In this document: positions 1 to 12,860 of the stretch, piece by piece
Layout: each line of letters opens with the position of its first letter
Numbering within the stretch: position 1 is the stretch's first letter
Origin: Lama guanicoe
Lineage: Eukaryota
DNA: 64,000 nucleotides
Reading direction: 5' to 3'
Assembly (NCBI GenBank): GCA_013239625.1
Contig: MU054323.1
Location: forward strand, 11,181,815 to 11,245,814
The notes under the pieces: generated by a model
The model's input: only the letters and a program-made list of their open reading frames with translations
What the model was told of the DNA's origin: nothing
Databases searched by the model: none
Program-made: the position numbers and the translations under genes

Positions 1-959
1 TTGGATGTTACTAAGGGATGTGGTTCATCTCAGAAAATGGGAGCCATGCTGGAAAGCTGGCCTCTGCAACCACCCATGAGCTCTCCTTCGGGCCAATGGC
101 CCACCATAAAGTGCTAGGATTTGCCTGAACCCTTTTTTCACATAAAATCAAGGAGAGACAAAGACAGCCGTTTGCAAGTGCAAAGTGTTTTTCTGAGCGT
201 GCTTTCCCCAGAACGAAAGTGCTTCTGTTCTCACTCTCTGCGTGTCGTACTCAGTGAGTCAGGGTCCTGAGCGCGTGCACTCCCTCCACAGAAAACCCCA
301 TGTGGCGCTCTCCTGACCCTGCTCTCTCTGGCCCATCAGGTGTCCAGAGTGGGGATAGGGGGGCTGAGGTGCGGCACAGGCCACCAGTCTTGTAGCTGGC
401 TCTTGCACCGCAAGCCCACTCCCTGCCCTGAGTTTGTGTAGCAGGTATTCTGAGAGGTGAAGCAGACCTGGAGAGTGAGCACAAGTCCCACCATATTTAT
501 AGAATGAGGGGACTGGGGCCCAGAGAGACAAACACAGGAAGTTAGGGGTCCAAACACTCACTTCCCAAGAGGTCAAGGATGATGGATAACAGAGCAAGAT
601 GTTGTTGTTTGTAGTCCTGGGAGCAGAGCCCTCGTCTCCTGACCCCCAGCCTGGCGGCCGTGCCCAGTACCCTGGGGCTGTAGCTGATCTGTTCTGGCAT
701 GTCTTGAACTGTCATTTATATCTGCTGTCATTTAACTGTTCACTTGTTTATAGCTTTTTGTCCCAACGGAATTGTGAACTTCTCAGAAGCTTGGTCTTGA
801 CATGCCTGTCTTGGGACACCCTCATGGCACGTGTAGCTCTCAGCATGATGCTCGCTACACACCCACCAGTCAGTCAGCTTGCTTTCTGAGAAGCTCGTGT
901 AGTGAAGAGACCAGAAGTAATGTCATGGGCTAGTGAGATGTTTGGGGAACTTTGGTACC

Positions 960-1500
960 TCGTTCTGCATTCTTTTATATGATGGACAGTCAGATGTGGC
1001 TAAAGAGGAGACAAAGGAGAGGCTCAGGAAAAAACAATGTTTCTTATGCTCACAGAGGCTAGAGACAGGAGGCCTGGGGCTCCACGCAGGGTCATGTGGG
1101 GAAGACGCCAGGGTGATCAGGATGCCAAAGACAGGAGTGAGCAGAAGCATTTAAACTATGGCCTTTATTGGGGATTTTGTGGGAAAGGCAGGGCAGGGCA
1201 GGGGGAACAGCCTAGGACTGACTAGTTAGAATAACTTCAGTGGGCTTTGGGCTATCGGAGTGGTGTACAGTTTCCTGGTACCTGGACCCGGGATGATTGA
1301 GACAGAGGAATATTGCCCTCTGGAGTGGATGGGCCAGGTAGAAGCTGTGTGGCTCTGGATTGGGTAATTTGCATATCAAAGGCGTGTGTCTTGCGAGTCC
1401 TTTGCTGTTCCTAAGAAATGGCTAGCCCCAGGAGGAGAATCCCAGCAAGGTTTCTTAAGATGTCAAGTGTAATAATATACATATATATATGAAGTATTTT
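960..1500 (-). mobile_element. ERVL-class solo LTR, MER54/MER73/MER74 group (MER54-like)
   Basis: Minus strand reads CTTGACATCTTAAGAAACCTTGCTGG...GGGCTAGCCATTTCTTAGG...CCTTTGATATGCAAATTACCCAATCCAGAGCC...CCCAATAAAGGCC. This has the same motif order as the MER74-type LTR at 52.7-53.2 kb. Boundaries approximate. Confidence 0.7.
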
Positions 1501-2329
1501 TATATATGTATAGACATAGACATGTGTATCTATCTGTATATGTATACATACACACAAGATGTATTTAAATCACTCCAGATCACTAAGTGGGAATGTCCAC
1601 AGTACCCCAGAATTTGGGTCTCCTGCCTCATCCATTGGTTGGAAATGATGCTATGTATTTATATAAGTATCAGAATCATATGATTCCAGGTCTAGAAAGT
1701 GCTCTAGGTATTCTGACATACTCAAATCTCCTCCTGTAAATACTTCCTTTGAAGCAATCTCCCATTTAGTCAAAGGAGAAGCTGAGGAAGAGGGAGGGTC
1801 TTGAGATGTTGCCTTGAATCTGAGTCGAGCGCCCTGTCCCACTGCTCCGGGTCTGCCCTGTGGCATCACTGGAGTCTCTCTTCTCAGCAGCTTGTCCTCG
1901 GGCTTCTGTTTGTGTGGCTGCCATGATGGGCACTGAGCAAAGTAAGCTACAAGCGTGCTGCTTTCCGTTCTCTGGGCGTTAACAGTGCAAGATGGATCAG
2001 TGATGAGATGGAGTTCAGGGGCACCTTTGTAAATAATGCAGATATGAAATCCTTTTGTGCAAGTGTTTGGTGGGCTGAGAAGACAGGAGGAGGAGGGGCC
2101 CGAGCAATGGAGTGGGAAGGGTCTTGGACCCATGTCTTGGCTCTGCCACAAGCTAACTGGGCAGCTTCAAGAAAGTCTCTCCTAGTTCATTTCCTCATTT
2201 TCCTCATGTGTGACTGGAGAAGGTGATCTCAAGGCCTATTTTGTAGTTCTTCTATTCTAAGACTCTCTAAATTGGGGAAAAGGAATGGAAAGCAATGAGG
2301 CCATAGCAATTTTAGTAATAGCAACAACA

Positions 2330-2500
2330 ATAATATTAGACAACATGTATTGAGTGTCTCCTAGGAATTGGGGTGCAGGTTATGTTATCCATCCCCATTT
2401 TACAGGTGAGAAAGATGAGACCTAGAAAAATAAAGCTCTCAAAGTTATACATCTAGTAAGTCATGCAGCCAGGATTTGAGCCCAGACAGTCTGACCGTGC
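2330..2500 (-). mobile_element. MIR SINE
   Basis: MIR core ATCCCCATTTTACAGGTGAGAAAGATGAG...CTAGTAAG...GCCAGGATTTGAGCCCAGACAGTCTGAC. Confidence 0.8.
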
Positions 2501-2996
2501 CATTAGGAAGACTAGCGCTGGTGTCCTGGCCACTATGGAGGAGCTGGGGTGCTGTTCCATATAGCAGTCTCTCTGGGGAGTGGAGGCCTGGCTCCTGGGT
2601 TCCCAAGGCTACGGTACAGCTCAAGTGCCAGCAACAGCAGAAAGAGGTGGGGAGGAGGAAGGGGAGGAGGAGGAGGCTGGCTGGCTACTCTTCTGTTTAG
2701 GGCACACACATACCTTGCTGATTAGCAACGATGGGAAAGGAAACACACACTGAGGGCCCTTGACAGCTTAATGGAGTTTTAGAAAAATACACATCTATAT
2801 TTTTAAACTTTTTTTTCCATTCGAACATTTTTAGCTTCAAGTTCTGGACTGAAATAGCAACTGTCTTAGATAACTCTTCATCCTTAGGCTCCCACGTTTG
2901 GAAAAGGTCTTAGCCCAGCCTGGGGAAGAGGAAGAGCAAGAGGGAGAGAAAGAAATGACAAGCTTAACACAACATCTGGCTTAACTGGACACTCAG

Positions 2997-3026
2997 TGGA
3001 TAGATGGATGGATGGATGGATGAATG
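2997..3026. repeat. (TGGA)n simple repeat
   Basis: TGGATAGATGGATGGATGGATGGATGAATG seen directly. Confidence 0.9.
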
Positions 3027-3434
3027 GGAGAGAAAGTGACATGATGGAAGGAAAAGAAAACATGTTTACCCATGAGATTCTCCTGAGGATTAAGAGCAGA
3101 CTACTTGTAGAGATGTACTCACACTGCTTAGGGTCACAACTGAAAAACAGCCACTCTACCAGATATGCCTGGACTCTTAGAAGCAGCTTAAACCAAGCCG
3201 GAGAAAGAAGGACACCCCCAGTTCAGTTCCCATCTAACAGCCCTCTCTCCTGTCACGTCTCACATCTTTTGGCTACTCTGGACATCTCGCACTTTACCTA
3301 AACACACTATGGCAGATTCCACAGTTTGGCTTGATTAACATTCATTCCAAAAAGCCTTCTGCCTTGCCTTCCTCCACTACAAATTATAGAAAAAGAATAT
3401 TCAAATCCCCACCTTGTCTTGCAAGTAAGGTACC

Positions 3435-3771
3435 AGGTTGGTTATACCATTCTGGCTAATTCAAGAAAGGCAGATGTCCTGGATGAAGCCTTCCTACTGA
3501 CATAAATGGGCAAAGCTTTGCCTATCATTTTCCTCTTCTTCCTACGTGGAACTTTGATGCAATGTTTGGAGGTATGGCAACCATTTTGTGATGAACAGGA
3601 CAAAGGTTTTGATCTCAGAATGTCAGAGCAGAAAGACAGAAGGAATTGGGTCCCCAGTGGCCTCATTAAACTGCCACCTCAGCCCTCTCCCTCTGGTCTT
3701 CCAGTTATTTGAGAAAGATGAACCCATTCTTGTTTAAGCCACTTCCTGCCACATGCAATCTTAACTGATAA
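3435..3771 (+). mobile_element. MaLR LTR fragment (MLT1J/K-like)
   Basis: GAGCAGAAAGACAGAAGGAATTGGGTCCC...CTTGTTTAAGCCACTT...CTTAACTGATA is a typical old MLT1 3' end. Confidence 0.6.
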
Positions 3772-4004
3772 ACAGGACATGCATTTTAGGCCTCCATACC
3801 TTGGGACTTCCCCTGCCTAAACTGCCCTTCCCTGCCTTTTCTTCTAGTGAACTTTTATTTTCTATTCATCTCAAATCTCTGCAGGCTTCCCAGAGGCCCT
3901 CCTTCCCCTTCCCCTTCCCCTCTAGGCTGCTTTCCCTTTGAATGCCCATATCACCTGTGGAGGCCCCTCATCATTAGCACGGGGGCTACTTACACATATG
4001 CTTT

Positions 4005-4006
<2 letters not shown>

Positions 4007-4049
<43 letters not shown>

Positions 4050-4670
4050 CACTCTTTTTTTCCTTTTAATTTTTAAAAAGTGAGACATAATTTATATACA
4101 ATAAAACACACAGATTGACAGTATACAGTTTGCTAGGCTTTGACAAATTTATACCCTCCTGTAACCCACACCCCCATAAAGATATAGAACATCTCTTTTC
4201 CCTCAAAAAATTCCCTTATGCCCTATGCCTTTTCCCAGTTGGCACCTCCCCCACCTCTGCACCACAGTTCTTCATTTTGGTATTGATGGGCTCTGCCTGT
4301 TCTAGAACTTCGTGGAAATAGAATCTTACAGTATCTATCCTTTGATGTCTGGTTTCTTTTCCTTAGTTTTTGAGGTTGATCCACATTGTTGTATTTTCCA
4401 GTAGTTTTCTTTTCATTATTGTTCAGTAGGATTCCATTGTCTGAATAAACAGTACTTACCCACTCGAGTGTTCCTGCATATTTGGTTGTTTCCAGTTTGG
4501 GGTTATTTTGAATAAGGCCGTGTCTTTCTCTTGGATGAGCACATCAGCGAGGAATTAAGTCCTAGGATATTTGGGTGTTTAACTACTTAAGAAATTACGA
4601 ACAATTTTCCAAAGCATTTGTGTGATTTCACACTCTGCATGAGCGTTCTGGCTTCTCCACATCCTCACTA
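4007..4670 (-). mobile_element. Old L1M (L1MB/MC/ME-like) 3' end, 5'-truncated, with 15-bp TSD
   Basis: L1 3'UTR/ORF2-end antisense motifs (GTATACAGTTTG...TTTGACAAAT; ATTCCATTGT; TTTGGTTGTTTCCAGTTTGGGGTTATT; CTCCACATCCTCACTAACAC). Flanked by identical ACACATATGCTTTCT at 3992-4006 and 4671-4685. Confidence 0.85.
4009..4046. repeat. (TG)19 microsatellite in the L1 tail
   Basis: Perfect TG run counted directly. Confidence 0.95.
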
Positions 4671-4999
4671 ACACATATGCTTTCTCATTAGAGAGAAGGC
4701 ACTATACAAATATTTGAAAATGTAGACTTTAATTGGAGATGTGGTAAAGTAGGACTGAGCAATGCATTCCCTTCAATGTCACTCCTCATCTCACCCAGAA
4801 CCTTTAATTTCTTCTTTTCTTGGGGTTCCATCGACCTTATCTAAAGAAATGCTCTAATCTCTCCAATCTTGAAAAAAATTTGGTTTTTCCTTGCTTCTCC
4901 TATGAGCTACCAATTCTCTCTACCCTTGCCCTCTGACCAACTGTATTGGATTTTCCTCCTATAGGGAATACGGTGAAAGGAAAGGGGAAGGGGATGCGT

Positions 5000-5180
5000 C
5001 CAACAGGCTGGGTCACATCTGACCTCTACCACTTACTACACGTGTACCTTTGGGCACTTGTCTCTGAACTGCTGGACCTTCATCATGAGAATAGTCATCT
5101 CCCCTTTACAGAGTTGTAGGGAGAACTGAGCGTGGGGATGTATTCAAAGTGCATGGCAGAGTAGGTGCTAGATAAACATA
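5000..5180 (+). mobile_element. MIR SINE
   Basis: CCACTTACTA...GTGTACCTTTGGGCA...CAGAGTTGT...AAAGTGCATGGCAGAGTAGGTGCT. Confidence 0.65.
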
Positions 5181-7271
5181 AGTTCCCTTGCCATTCTGAT
5201 ATCCCTCCCTTGTCCCTTTCCTTCCTCCCTCCTTCCCTCCCTCCCTCACATTGTAGGCACTGGACTACTTTAAGAGACAACGTTGCATTAAGCATGATTT
5301 TCCTCCTCCCTTCACTCCTCAGTGTGATCTACCCTAGGCTTTAATCCTTCATCAGATTGGCAGTTCTAACACATTATTTCTCAAAGATCTCATCCATATC
5401 ACAGCATCAAGCTTCAACTCCCAGTGAATCAGTGACTCCCAAATTTACAAAGCTAGGCCTGACCTTTCTCCTAAGTCTTGCGCCCCTCTCTGCCCCCAAC
5501 TCCCTGGGGACATCTCCCCCTGGAGGTCCTGCAGTCAGCTGCACTCCTCCTTCTTCCAAAGCAAGGAACACTTGATAAACATGTGGACCTGTCCAATAGC
5601 CCTGAGCAGTGGTAAGGAACAGACACGGTGAACAGCACCAGCCCCGTCAAATAATGACGGGTATGAGGCCACAAGATGCTCTCTCTTTCTTAACAAAGAT
5701 GACTTAAGTTGGTAAGGTGTCCAGCTGCGATGCTGTGTACAAACCAGTGCAATGGAGTCTCTTGTCAATATTACGAACCTTGGCTCCCAGAGAGAAGGAA
5801 GACAGAAACTGGGCGGAGTGAGCTTGCGTTTGCAACCTTAGCATCTATTTGGGGAATTCTGGGCTGCAACCTTGGGAGCGCTCCCTCGTTCTGCACAGAG
5901 AGAACACATTTATCCGGTCCCTTAGGGGGAGCCTGAGGCCCTGGCAGTCTTCAGAAGCACCTCCCCCACATGTCCACTTACATTTCTTTCTAAATGCCTA
6001 GTTTGCTCCAATCAGTCCCAGTTCTTTGCGGCAATGACCCTGCAGTCCTGATGCACTTGGTAGAGGCTTTCTGTGGCAGGCCCGGCCCCACCCCCACAGC
6101 CTTTCTCTCTTCTTGGAGACCGGGACCACGTGCCACCAGTCAGGCCCTGCGCTCAGCAACCCCAGCTGACCTACCACAGAAGGGCAGAGGGCAGAGGGCA
6201 GAAAATAACTCATGAGAACCAAAACCCAAAACCCCATTGGAACCACAAATGGAAATGGCTTAGGGAAAAAGGGTCCTGAGATGCTTGGGGCTATTAATAA
6301 ATCCATGGGTGCCTCAGCCCTTTTGTCCTAGGGAGCAGGCCTGACCAGCTCATGGGCAGCCATCTTCATTCTTGGGAAGGCTCCCAATTTACCAGATGAA
6401 ATATGCCCCTAGTCATTCTGCCACCCTCTTCGACCACACACGCACACACGCACATGCACACGCACCCAACTTTTTCTCTATCAAGTCTTCTACGCACCGC
6501 CTTACCTTTACCCTCTTGTTGGTTGTCCCAGTAAGGGAAGAAGGCACAAGTACAAATGGCTGAGTATTAGGGCTTGGAGACCTCCGAGGACTTGGTCGGA
6601 GGTAACTATGTCTTTGCGTTTACCCTCTATGACCTTGGGAAGCTTGAGGCACTGGGACTTGTACTACAACCCATAAGAGACAGACAGACAGGCACATACA
6701 CTTGCTCACAGATTGCTGGGGAAAAGTCCCTAGAACTTCCTTGCCCAAAGTTGCCTGTTGTCTTCAGTTTGAGCAATCTAGGGAGCCAGTGGATTCATAA
6801 TTTCCACTCCTTGTTCCCATTTTGACTACTTCTCTCCTCCTCACTGTCCCCACCCCCATGCCCTGCCCCAGGATCATGGACAACCCTAGGGAACACTCTA
6901 GAATGGGCTGCAATAGAAGAGCACTTCCCAGCTCATATCTTGGAAACAACATGTGAACCAATTAGCACCATTCAGCCATGAAGAAGCTCTGAGTTACAGA
7001 CTCATAAACAAGGTTCTGAGAGTGAGATGGGGCCACCGAGGACTGTCCTGCCCAGTCCCCGGCCTTCAGGCAGAGAAGGTCCAGCTGGTGCATAGATGGG
7101 ACTACTGACAGAGCAAAAGCCTCCACCTGGGGCAATGCTAAATTGGTCTTCACATTTGCTCAGTCCACTTGCTTCCTGAGAGTGTCACGGCCTTGGGCTT
7201 CATCTGGGCTCCTTACTCTCTGAACCAACTTGGTGCAGGGAAGAGAAGCACAGTATCCCCCACCCCCTATG

Positions 7272-7333
7272 CCATTCCACCATCCCCCATCCCACCATCC
7301 TACCACCCCACATTCCACCATCCCACCATCCCA
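7272..7333. repeat. Degenerate (CCACCATC)n minisatellite-like tract, G-rich on minus strand
   Basis: CCATTCCACCATCCCCCATCCCACCATCCTACCACCCCACATTCCACCATCCCACCATCCCA seen directly. Confidence 0.8.
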
Positions 7334-8109
7334 ACAACATTTAGCTTGGTCAGGGGCACCAGAGTGAGCCCCTCTCAATTTGATTCAGGAATAGCATATT
7401 TTTATTAGCATAGTCAATTAATTATATTCCACCTAAACCACCCCACACTGGGCGGAGTGGCAGTGGCACAGTAGAAACAGTGCTAGATTGACCAAGGTAT
7501 AAGTTTCTGCTCTGCCCCTTGCAAGTGGGTTGGTTGCCTCTTACAGCCTCAGTCTCCTGATCTGTATAATGGGAGTGATAGTGCCTCCTCACATGTTTGT
7601 TGTGTCAGTTCCTTGCAAATTTCTAAGTGATTATTGTTATAGTCAGTATGCTTCTAGCAGCCAAGTAGAAAATGGTAGCAACCACTCTGCTTTGCATATG
7701 GTGGATGCCTGTTCTTCTCACCACTGGGTCCCTTAGCAGAGCTCTATGCACACATTAGGCATAGGAAATTATTTGTGAAATGAGTGAACAATGAGCTCAC
7801 ATCAACCTATTATTTCCCTAACCAGAAGCCTTCAACATAGCCTCCTTTCATTTTAAAGCTGATGCTTTATCTTAGTGTTAGTTGGGCTTCTGTTACCCAG
7901 AGTGTAAGAAGGTTTTAGCTTTGGTTTAGGGCTATTTAGATCAAAATATCAGACTAGGCTGCTTGGTAGAGAGTGAATTCAGGCTATCTGTGGTGCGAAC
8001 ACTGCTGTGTGTCAGTGTGGGCACCTCTCACACCTCATCACAACAGACATTGTAACAGAAGCACCTTGCCAGCAAAGCTAGGAGTCCTGGGTGGTGGGCA
8101 GGGCCCCAG

Positions 8110-8330
8110 TAACAATGCACATTTAGTAGGTACCAGGAGCGCTGCATCCCTTATCTTGGTCAACACACACAAGTACCCTGTGGGGTGGGTGCTTTTTCAG
8201 TCCTTATATTACAGGCAAGGACACTGAGCTTCAGAGAGGTTAAGTCACTTGCTGAAGGTCACCCAGCTCTTAAGTGAAGGAGCCAAGATTTGGATTCTTG
8301 ACTCTGACTTTAAAACACTTGCTCTTTAAC
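8110..8330 (-). mobile_element. MIR SINE
   Basis: ATATTACAGGCAAGGACACTGAGCTTCAGAGAGGTTAAGTCACTTGCTGAAGGTCACCCAGCT MIR core. Confidence 0.8.
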
Positions 8331-8770
8331 TGATAGGACTGTTCTGAGACACACTGCAGAACCAAAGACCCAGTCACAGTCACAGACTGCCAGCACTGGA
8401 TGGACCCAGCCCAGACACCCCTTCTTGTTCATTAGGCCTAAGCCATTCACAGATGAGTGGCCACACAGGGCTTACAATCCACATTTCTATCTCCAAAATC
8501 TGCTCTTTCTGCCGACCTCCCCATTCCTTCTCCACTATGGCTGCTGTAGCTAGACTCCCACCACCCGCCTTTGCCCCAAGGTCCTTACCAAGGCAAGATA
8601 AGTCATTTAGAGGGGACTGAGATTCCGCACCATCCTGAGCACACCATCATTTCTGCTGAAGACTAAACAGATGATTCACTCACATCACAGGCACTTGCAA
8701 CATTAATAATTGGGTTGCCTCGGGGGACGGTAAAAACTCTTAATCTTGAAAGCCTTAAAATTTCAAAAGC

Positions 8771-9535
8771 CAGAGTTCTTAACCTCTTCAGACCCTATGC
8801 CCTCCTTTTGTAACAAATATTTTACAACACCCCCTATATTATCCTGAAAGGAAATTCATGAAAATATAAACTACCTACATAAATAATTTCAAAAATTCAA
8901 TGTAATGCCTTAATAGTAACACAAAAGGAGAAATAAAACATATATATTATATCTAACATGCACATATACATATATGCTATGTATATAATATATATATTCA
9001 ATGACGTATTCAACATTCACCATTACAGTAAGAGATATAATGAGAGACATTTGGATCTCTACATAGAAACCACTGTGAAACAAGAGCTACACATGCAGAC
9101 TGATATCCGTGTGTTGGCTTCTTGGTGACTCTAATCCAGGAGCAGAGTTGGCATCAGTGGTGCGATTTTCCAAAGCAGTGAACACCTCTTAATAATGTGC
9201 TGATTGAAATCAAGTGCAATTTTCCCTCAATGTTCATAGTAGTTGCATGTCTGGAATATTCAATATACATTAAAACCACACAAAAATACTTTGTGTTTAT
9301 ATGTAATATGGAGTTAGAGGTTCCAGGCTCAGAAAACCAGGGTTTTCAGCCCATGAATGCCTGGACAAAGCTGGAAAGACAGGAGAACTACAGAACTACA
9401 GAACAGCTCTTTGCGAAGGACTGTCCCGTGCATCACAGGGCATCTAGCATCCATGGCCCCCACCAGTAAACAAAAGGGGCCCACAAGTTTTCAAAACACT
9501 CCCTGAGGTTGGCAGTGCCCCTTTCAGAACCACTG
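8771..9535. mobile_element. hAT-Charlie non-autonomous DNA transposon (MER20B-like)
   Basis: Degenerate TIRs CAGAGTTCTTAACC (8771) and TTCAGAACCACTG (ends 9535). Internal MER20-family motif GGACTGTCCCGTGCATCACAGGGCATCTAGCATCCATGGCCCC. TA-rich expansion at ~8940-9000. Confidence 0.7.
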
Positions 9536-10569
9536 GGTTAGGTAACCTTTCAGGTTCCCCCTTCCAGCCCCTGCAACAGCAAACACCTCTGGGGAGTCCA
9601 TGACATGTAAGGCTTTGGGCTGGGCAACGGGGCCATTGTGAGGTTGGAGGGAGATCCAGAGAGGGATAAAACACAGTCCCTGCCCTCCAGCGTGGTCAGG
9701 GAGAGGGGGAGAATAGAGGAGGAAAATGAAGCATGTAGGAACCATCCTGGGGATGGGAGCTGTGAGTGTTAGCATCGCCCTGGACCAAGAGGGCTTGATA
9801 AGTTCTTGTTGCATGTTGGATGCAGAGATGGCAGTAGGCTGGAGGCGGCAGAGATCACAGCTCTCTTTGTGTTATGGTGCTGAGATGACAGAAATGAAAA
9901 GTGTTGTGGGGGGAAACATTGTCTCAGTGATGGCTATCAATCAAGAACACACTACAGCCTAAGTCCTGAGAGTGAAAGAGAGGCCAGAAGTCACCTCAGT
10001 GACTGGAAGAGGCAGTGGGTCAAAGAAATCAGGAAGGGGCTCTAAGGTAGCCCTCTCCCCCAACACACACACACACGCACACACACACGCACACGCACGC
10101 ACACAGGGCAGTCTCCTTCATCTCCTGAGGGTCACACTCCTCAGCTCACACCGGGTTGTCCTCCCAGACTGCTGTCCTTCCATTTACAGATCGAGGCCAA
10201 AGCCGATTCCATTCGAGCCAGGAAGCACCTGCCATGCCTCATAAGGTGCAGCAACCAATTCCAGGCTTGACCAACTTTGACCTTTGCAGGTAGAGGCTGT
10301 TCTGGCCAGAGGGAGGAGAGAGCAGGGCTCAGATTATCTGTGAGGAGGAGCAGCCCAGGCTTAGGGCGCCAGCCACACAGGAGAGAAAAGCTATGTTTGG
10401 GGAAAAAAAAATGTTTTTAAAGCATTAAAGTAGTCATCAGGGGAAACAATCAGAACTCCACTGTACCTAGTCACATTCTTTTATGATTTAGTCCTAGTTT
10501 TATTTTTGAACTACATAGGTGGGGGTGGGTGCTATAAACCTTCCCAGGCTGAGAGCGAGGTATCTGGCA

Positions 10570-10780
10570 GTGGTTTGTGGTTCAGCCTTTGGAGCCAGAC
10601 GGGCTGTCTCTACTATGTGGCCTCGGGCAAGTTACCACTTCTTTGTGATTCAGTTTCTCCCTCTGTAAAATGGGATAATGAGCATAGCACTTACCTCATA
10701 AGATTCTGAGAGGATTAGAGAGTTAATACACAAAATGCACGTACAACCCCACTATGCGCGTTGTAAGTGGAATGTAAGTA
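10570..10780 (+). mobile_element. MIR SINE
   Basis: CCTCGGGCAAGTTAC...TCAGTTTCTCCCTCTGTAAAATGGGATAATG...ACCTCATAAGATT. Confidence 0.8.
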
Positions 10781-12364
10781 CTGCTACTAGTACGGGTCCT
10801 TGTCTTATTATTGTCATGAAAGGTCTTATTCTGGTTGAGAAGGGAAAACAAGAGCCTTGAGGTGTGGGGGGAGTTTAAGAACGCTGGTTTATACCAAGTG
10901 CCCACTCTCCCTCTTCTAGACAGGGCCTTGATCTTGGACACTGTGGGTATAGAAATGGTTTGTAGGCTAAGAAAAGTATGGGGGAGTCTCATTCCTAGAA
11001 AGGTAGGTGGAACGTGGCTAGGAATCGTTGGAGAGATAAGAAAGGTGCTTTGTGCCAGTGGCTGGGCTGCCTAAGGTTGTCCTCCTGTGCATCTGAGTGT
11101 GCATGTGTGTGCATCTGTGTGTGCATGTGCACCCATGGGCCTGTCAAAGGTTCCTGGGGTGGTGGACTTCAGGGTCCTTTGAGCAATCTATCACTTTGGT
11201 TAAAGAATAAATATGATCCTTGGGCCCACCAGACTGTAATGACTTTGCTCTTCCTAATTTTTTGGTCGCATTCAGGAATTCTCTGGAGAAGTGCATCATT
11301 TGCTCAACAGGTCGGGAGACCCAGCCTTGTGCCAGAGGAACTAAGATGTTGACACATATTGAGATGGTAGTCTGTGCTTGGCCCCATTCTGAGCACATTA
11401 TATTTATAACTCATTTAATCGTATGAGGCAGCTATCACTATTTTAATCATTCTTGGGGAGGAAACTGAGGCACAGTTGCCTAATAACTTGCCCAAACATA
11501 CACAATTTGTGACTGAGCTGGGATTTGGATGCAGGATTTGGCTCCAGAGTTCATGGTCTCAACCCCCAGTCTCTGCCCAGGGCTTCGACCCTCCAGGCAC
11601 TTGTGACGGGGTGGAGGTGAGAGGTGAACGATTAGGCAGACAACTCAGAGAAGAGCCCCAGCTGAGGTCCAGCAGTGAGACAGAGGACCTCAGAGGGAAA
11701 CCGCCGCTTTCACATCCAGGTCTCTTCTCTTTGCAGCGTCAACAGAGGATGATCTTAGTGTTCTTACTATGGCTTCTTCTGACTCCTGGCCCACCCAGGG
11801 TTTTACCTTTTGTCATTTCCTGCTGGAGGAAAAGAGAGAGGGTATAGTAATCGCCTCTGCTGCAAAGAGGACTCTCTCCACCCACAGATTCCATGGCAAC
11901 AACCCGAGACCTTCTTTGGCTGTGTCTTTTGCACAAGTGCCTAGTGTTGCTTTTTCAAGTTCAGGCACTTGTTTTCTAGAACTGGCAATGACAATGTGGA
12001 GGCACCTGTCCATTTAGCCCAATGTGGCAGAGAAAAGGGCATCACAGGTGGTGAGTATAGACTCATCCCGTCTGCCGCTGTGTTTGCTCTCAGGACCTGA
12101 GCTTAGCAAGGAGGTAGATCATGAGATATGGGAGCCAGGAACTAGCCTCCAAAAGCCAAGCCTTAAATACATGAGAGTCTGTCCCTGTTGGAATGAATCC
12201 TCAGTCTTCAACAAGATCATTGGCACAATCACCATCAAGGAAAATTGGTGGCTTTGGGTTCTGTTGGCTTTTGACTCCAAACAGCCTCTCCCAAGCCCCC
12301 TGAGACGTTAGAATATCCTGCTTGGCTTCTGGTTCTCCATCCTGCCCAGATACCCCACTCCAAT

Positions 12365-12860
12365 GGTATTAGTGAAGGTTTTGGTTGCAAGCAACAGAAA
12401 CCAACTCTGGTTAACTTAATAGGGAAAATCACTTCTTGGAAGGGTACTGGGTCACTCACAGAATCAACAGGAAGGCTGAAGAAAAGGGCAAAGGCAGGAC
12501 TCCAGGACGGCAAAGGCTCATCCAAGTCCAGCACAGGAGCGGTCAGCCTGGGTGCCGCTGGAGCCCATCACTCCTGGGCACTTAGCAGCCCCAACGCTCA
12601 ACTTTAACACTACCGCCAGGATTATCTCCTGAGAGACCCACCCTTGAGCCTGTACGTGGCCTCTCTCTAGATTCCAGGTCCTGTGCAGGTGCCCACAATT
12701 GGCTGCACTTAAGTCCCTGCTAATATTCTAGATGTCAAGGATGAGGAGGGGGACTCTCTCCCTAACTCAGCTTCCGCAGTTGGAAAGGCCTTGGTGCTCA
12801 TTGGTTTTGTCACTTCCCCCCAAACAGAAAGAGGGTAATGAGAGGCAAGCATATGGAAAA
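12365..12860 (-). mobile_element. MaLR LTR (old MLT1, MLT1K/N-like)
   Basis: GTATTAGT...TTGGTTGCAAGCAACAGAAACCAACTCTGGTTAACTTAA...CTCACAGAATCAACAGGAAGGCTG is the MLT1 antisense start. Flanking plus-strand MLT1-like fragments at ~12090-12290 and ~12890-13030. Confidence 0.7.

Noticed and set aside
295..310. CTCF-like motif (similar partial matches near 9500, 31782, 32573)
   Set aside because: Several core mismatches or an indel; not supportable by eye.
2714..2727. MARE-like TTGCTGATTAGCAA
   Set aside because: Half-site spacing is one base short of TGCTGA(C/G)TCAGCA.
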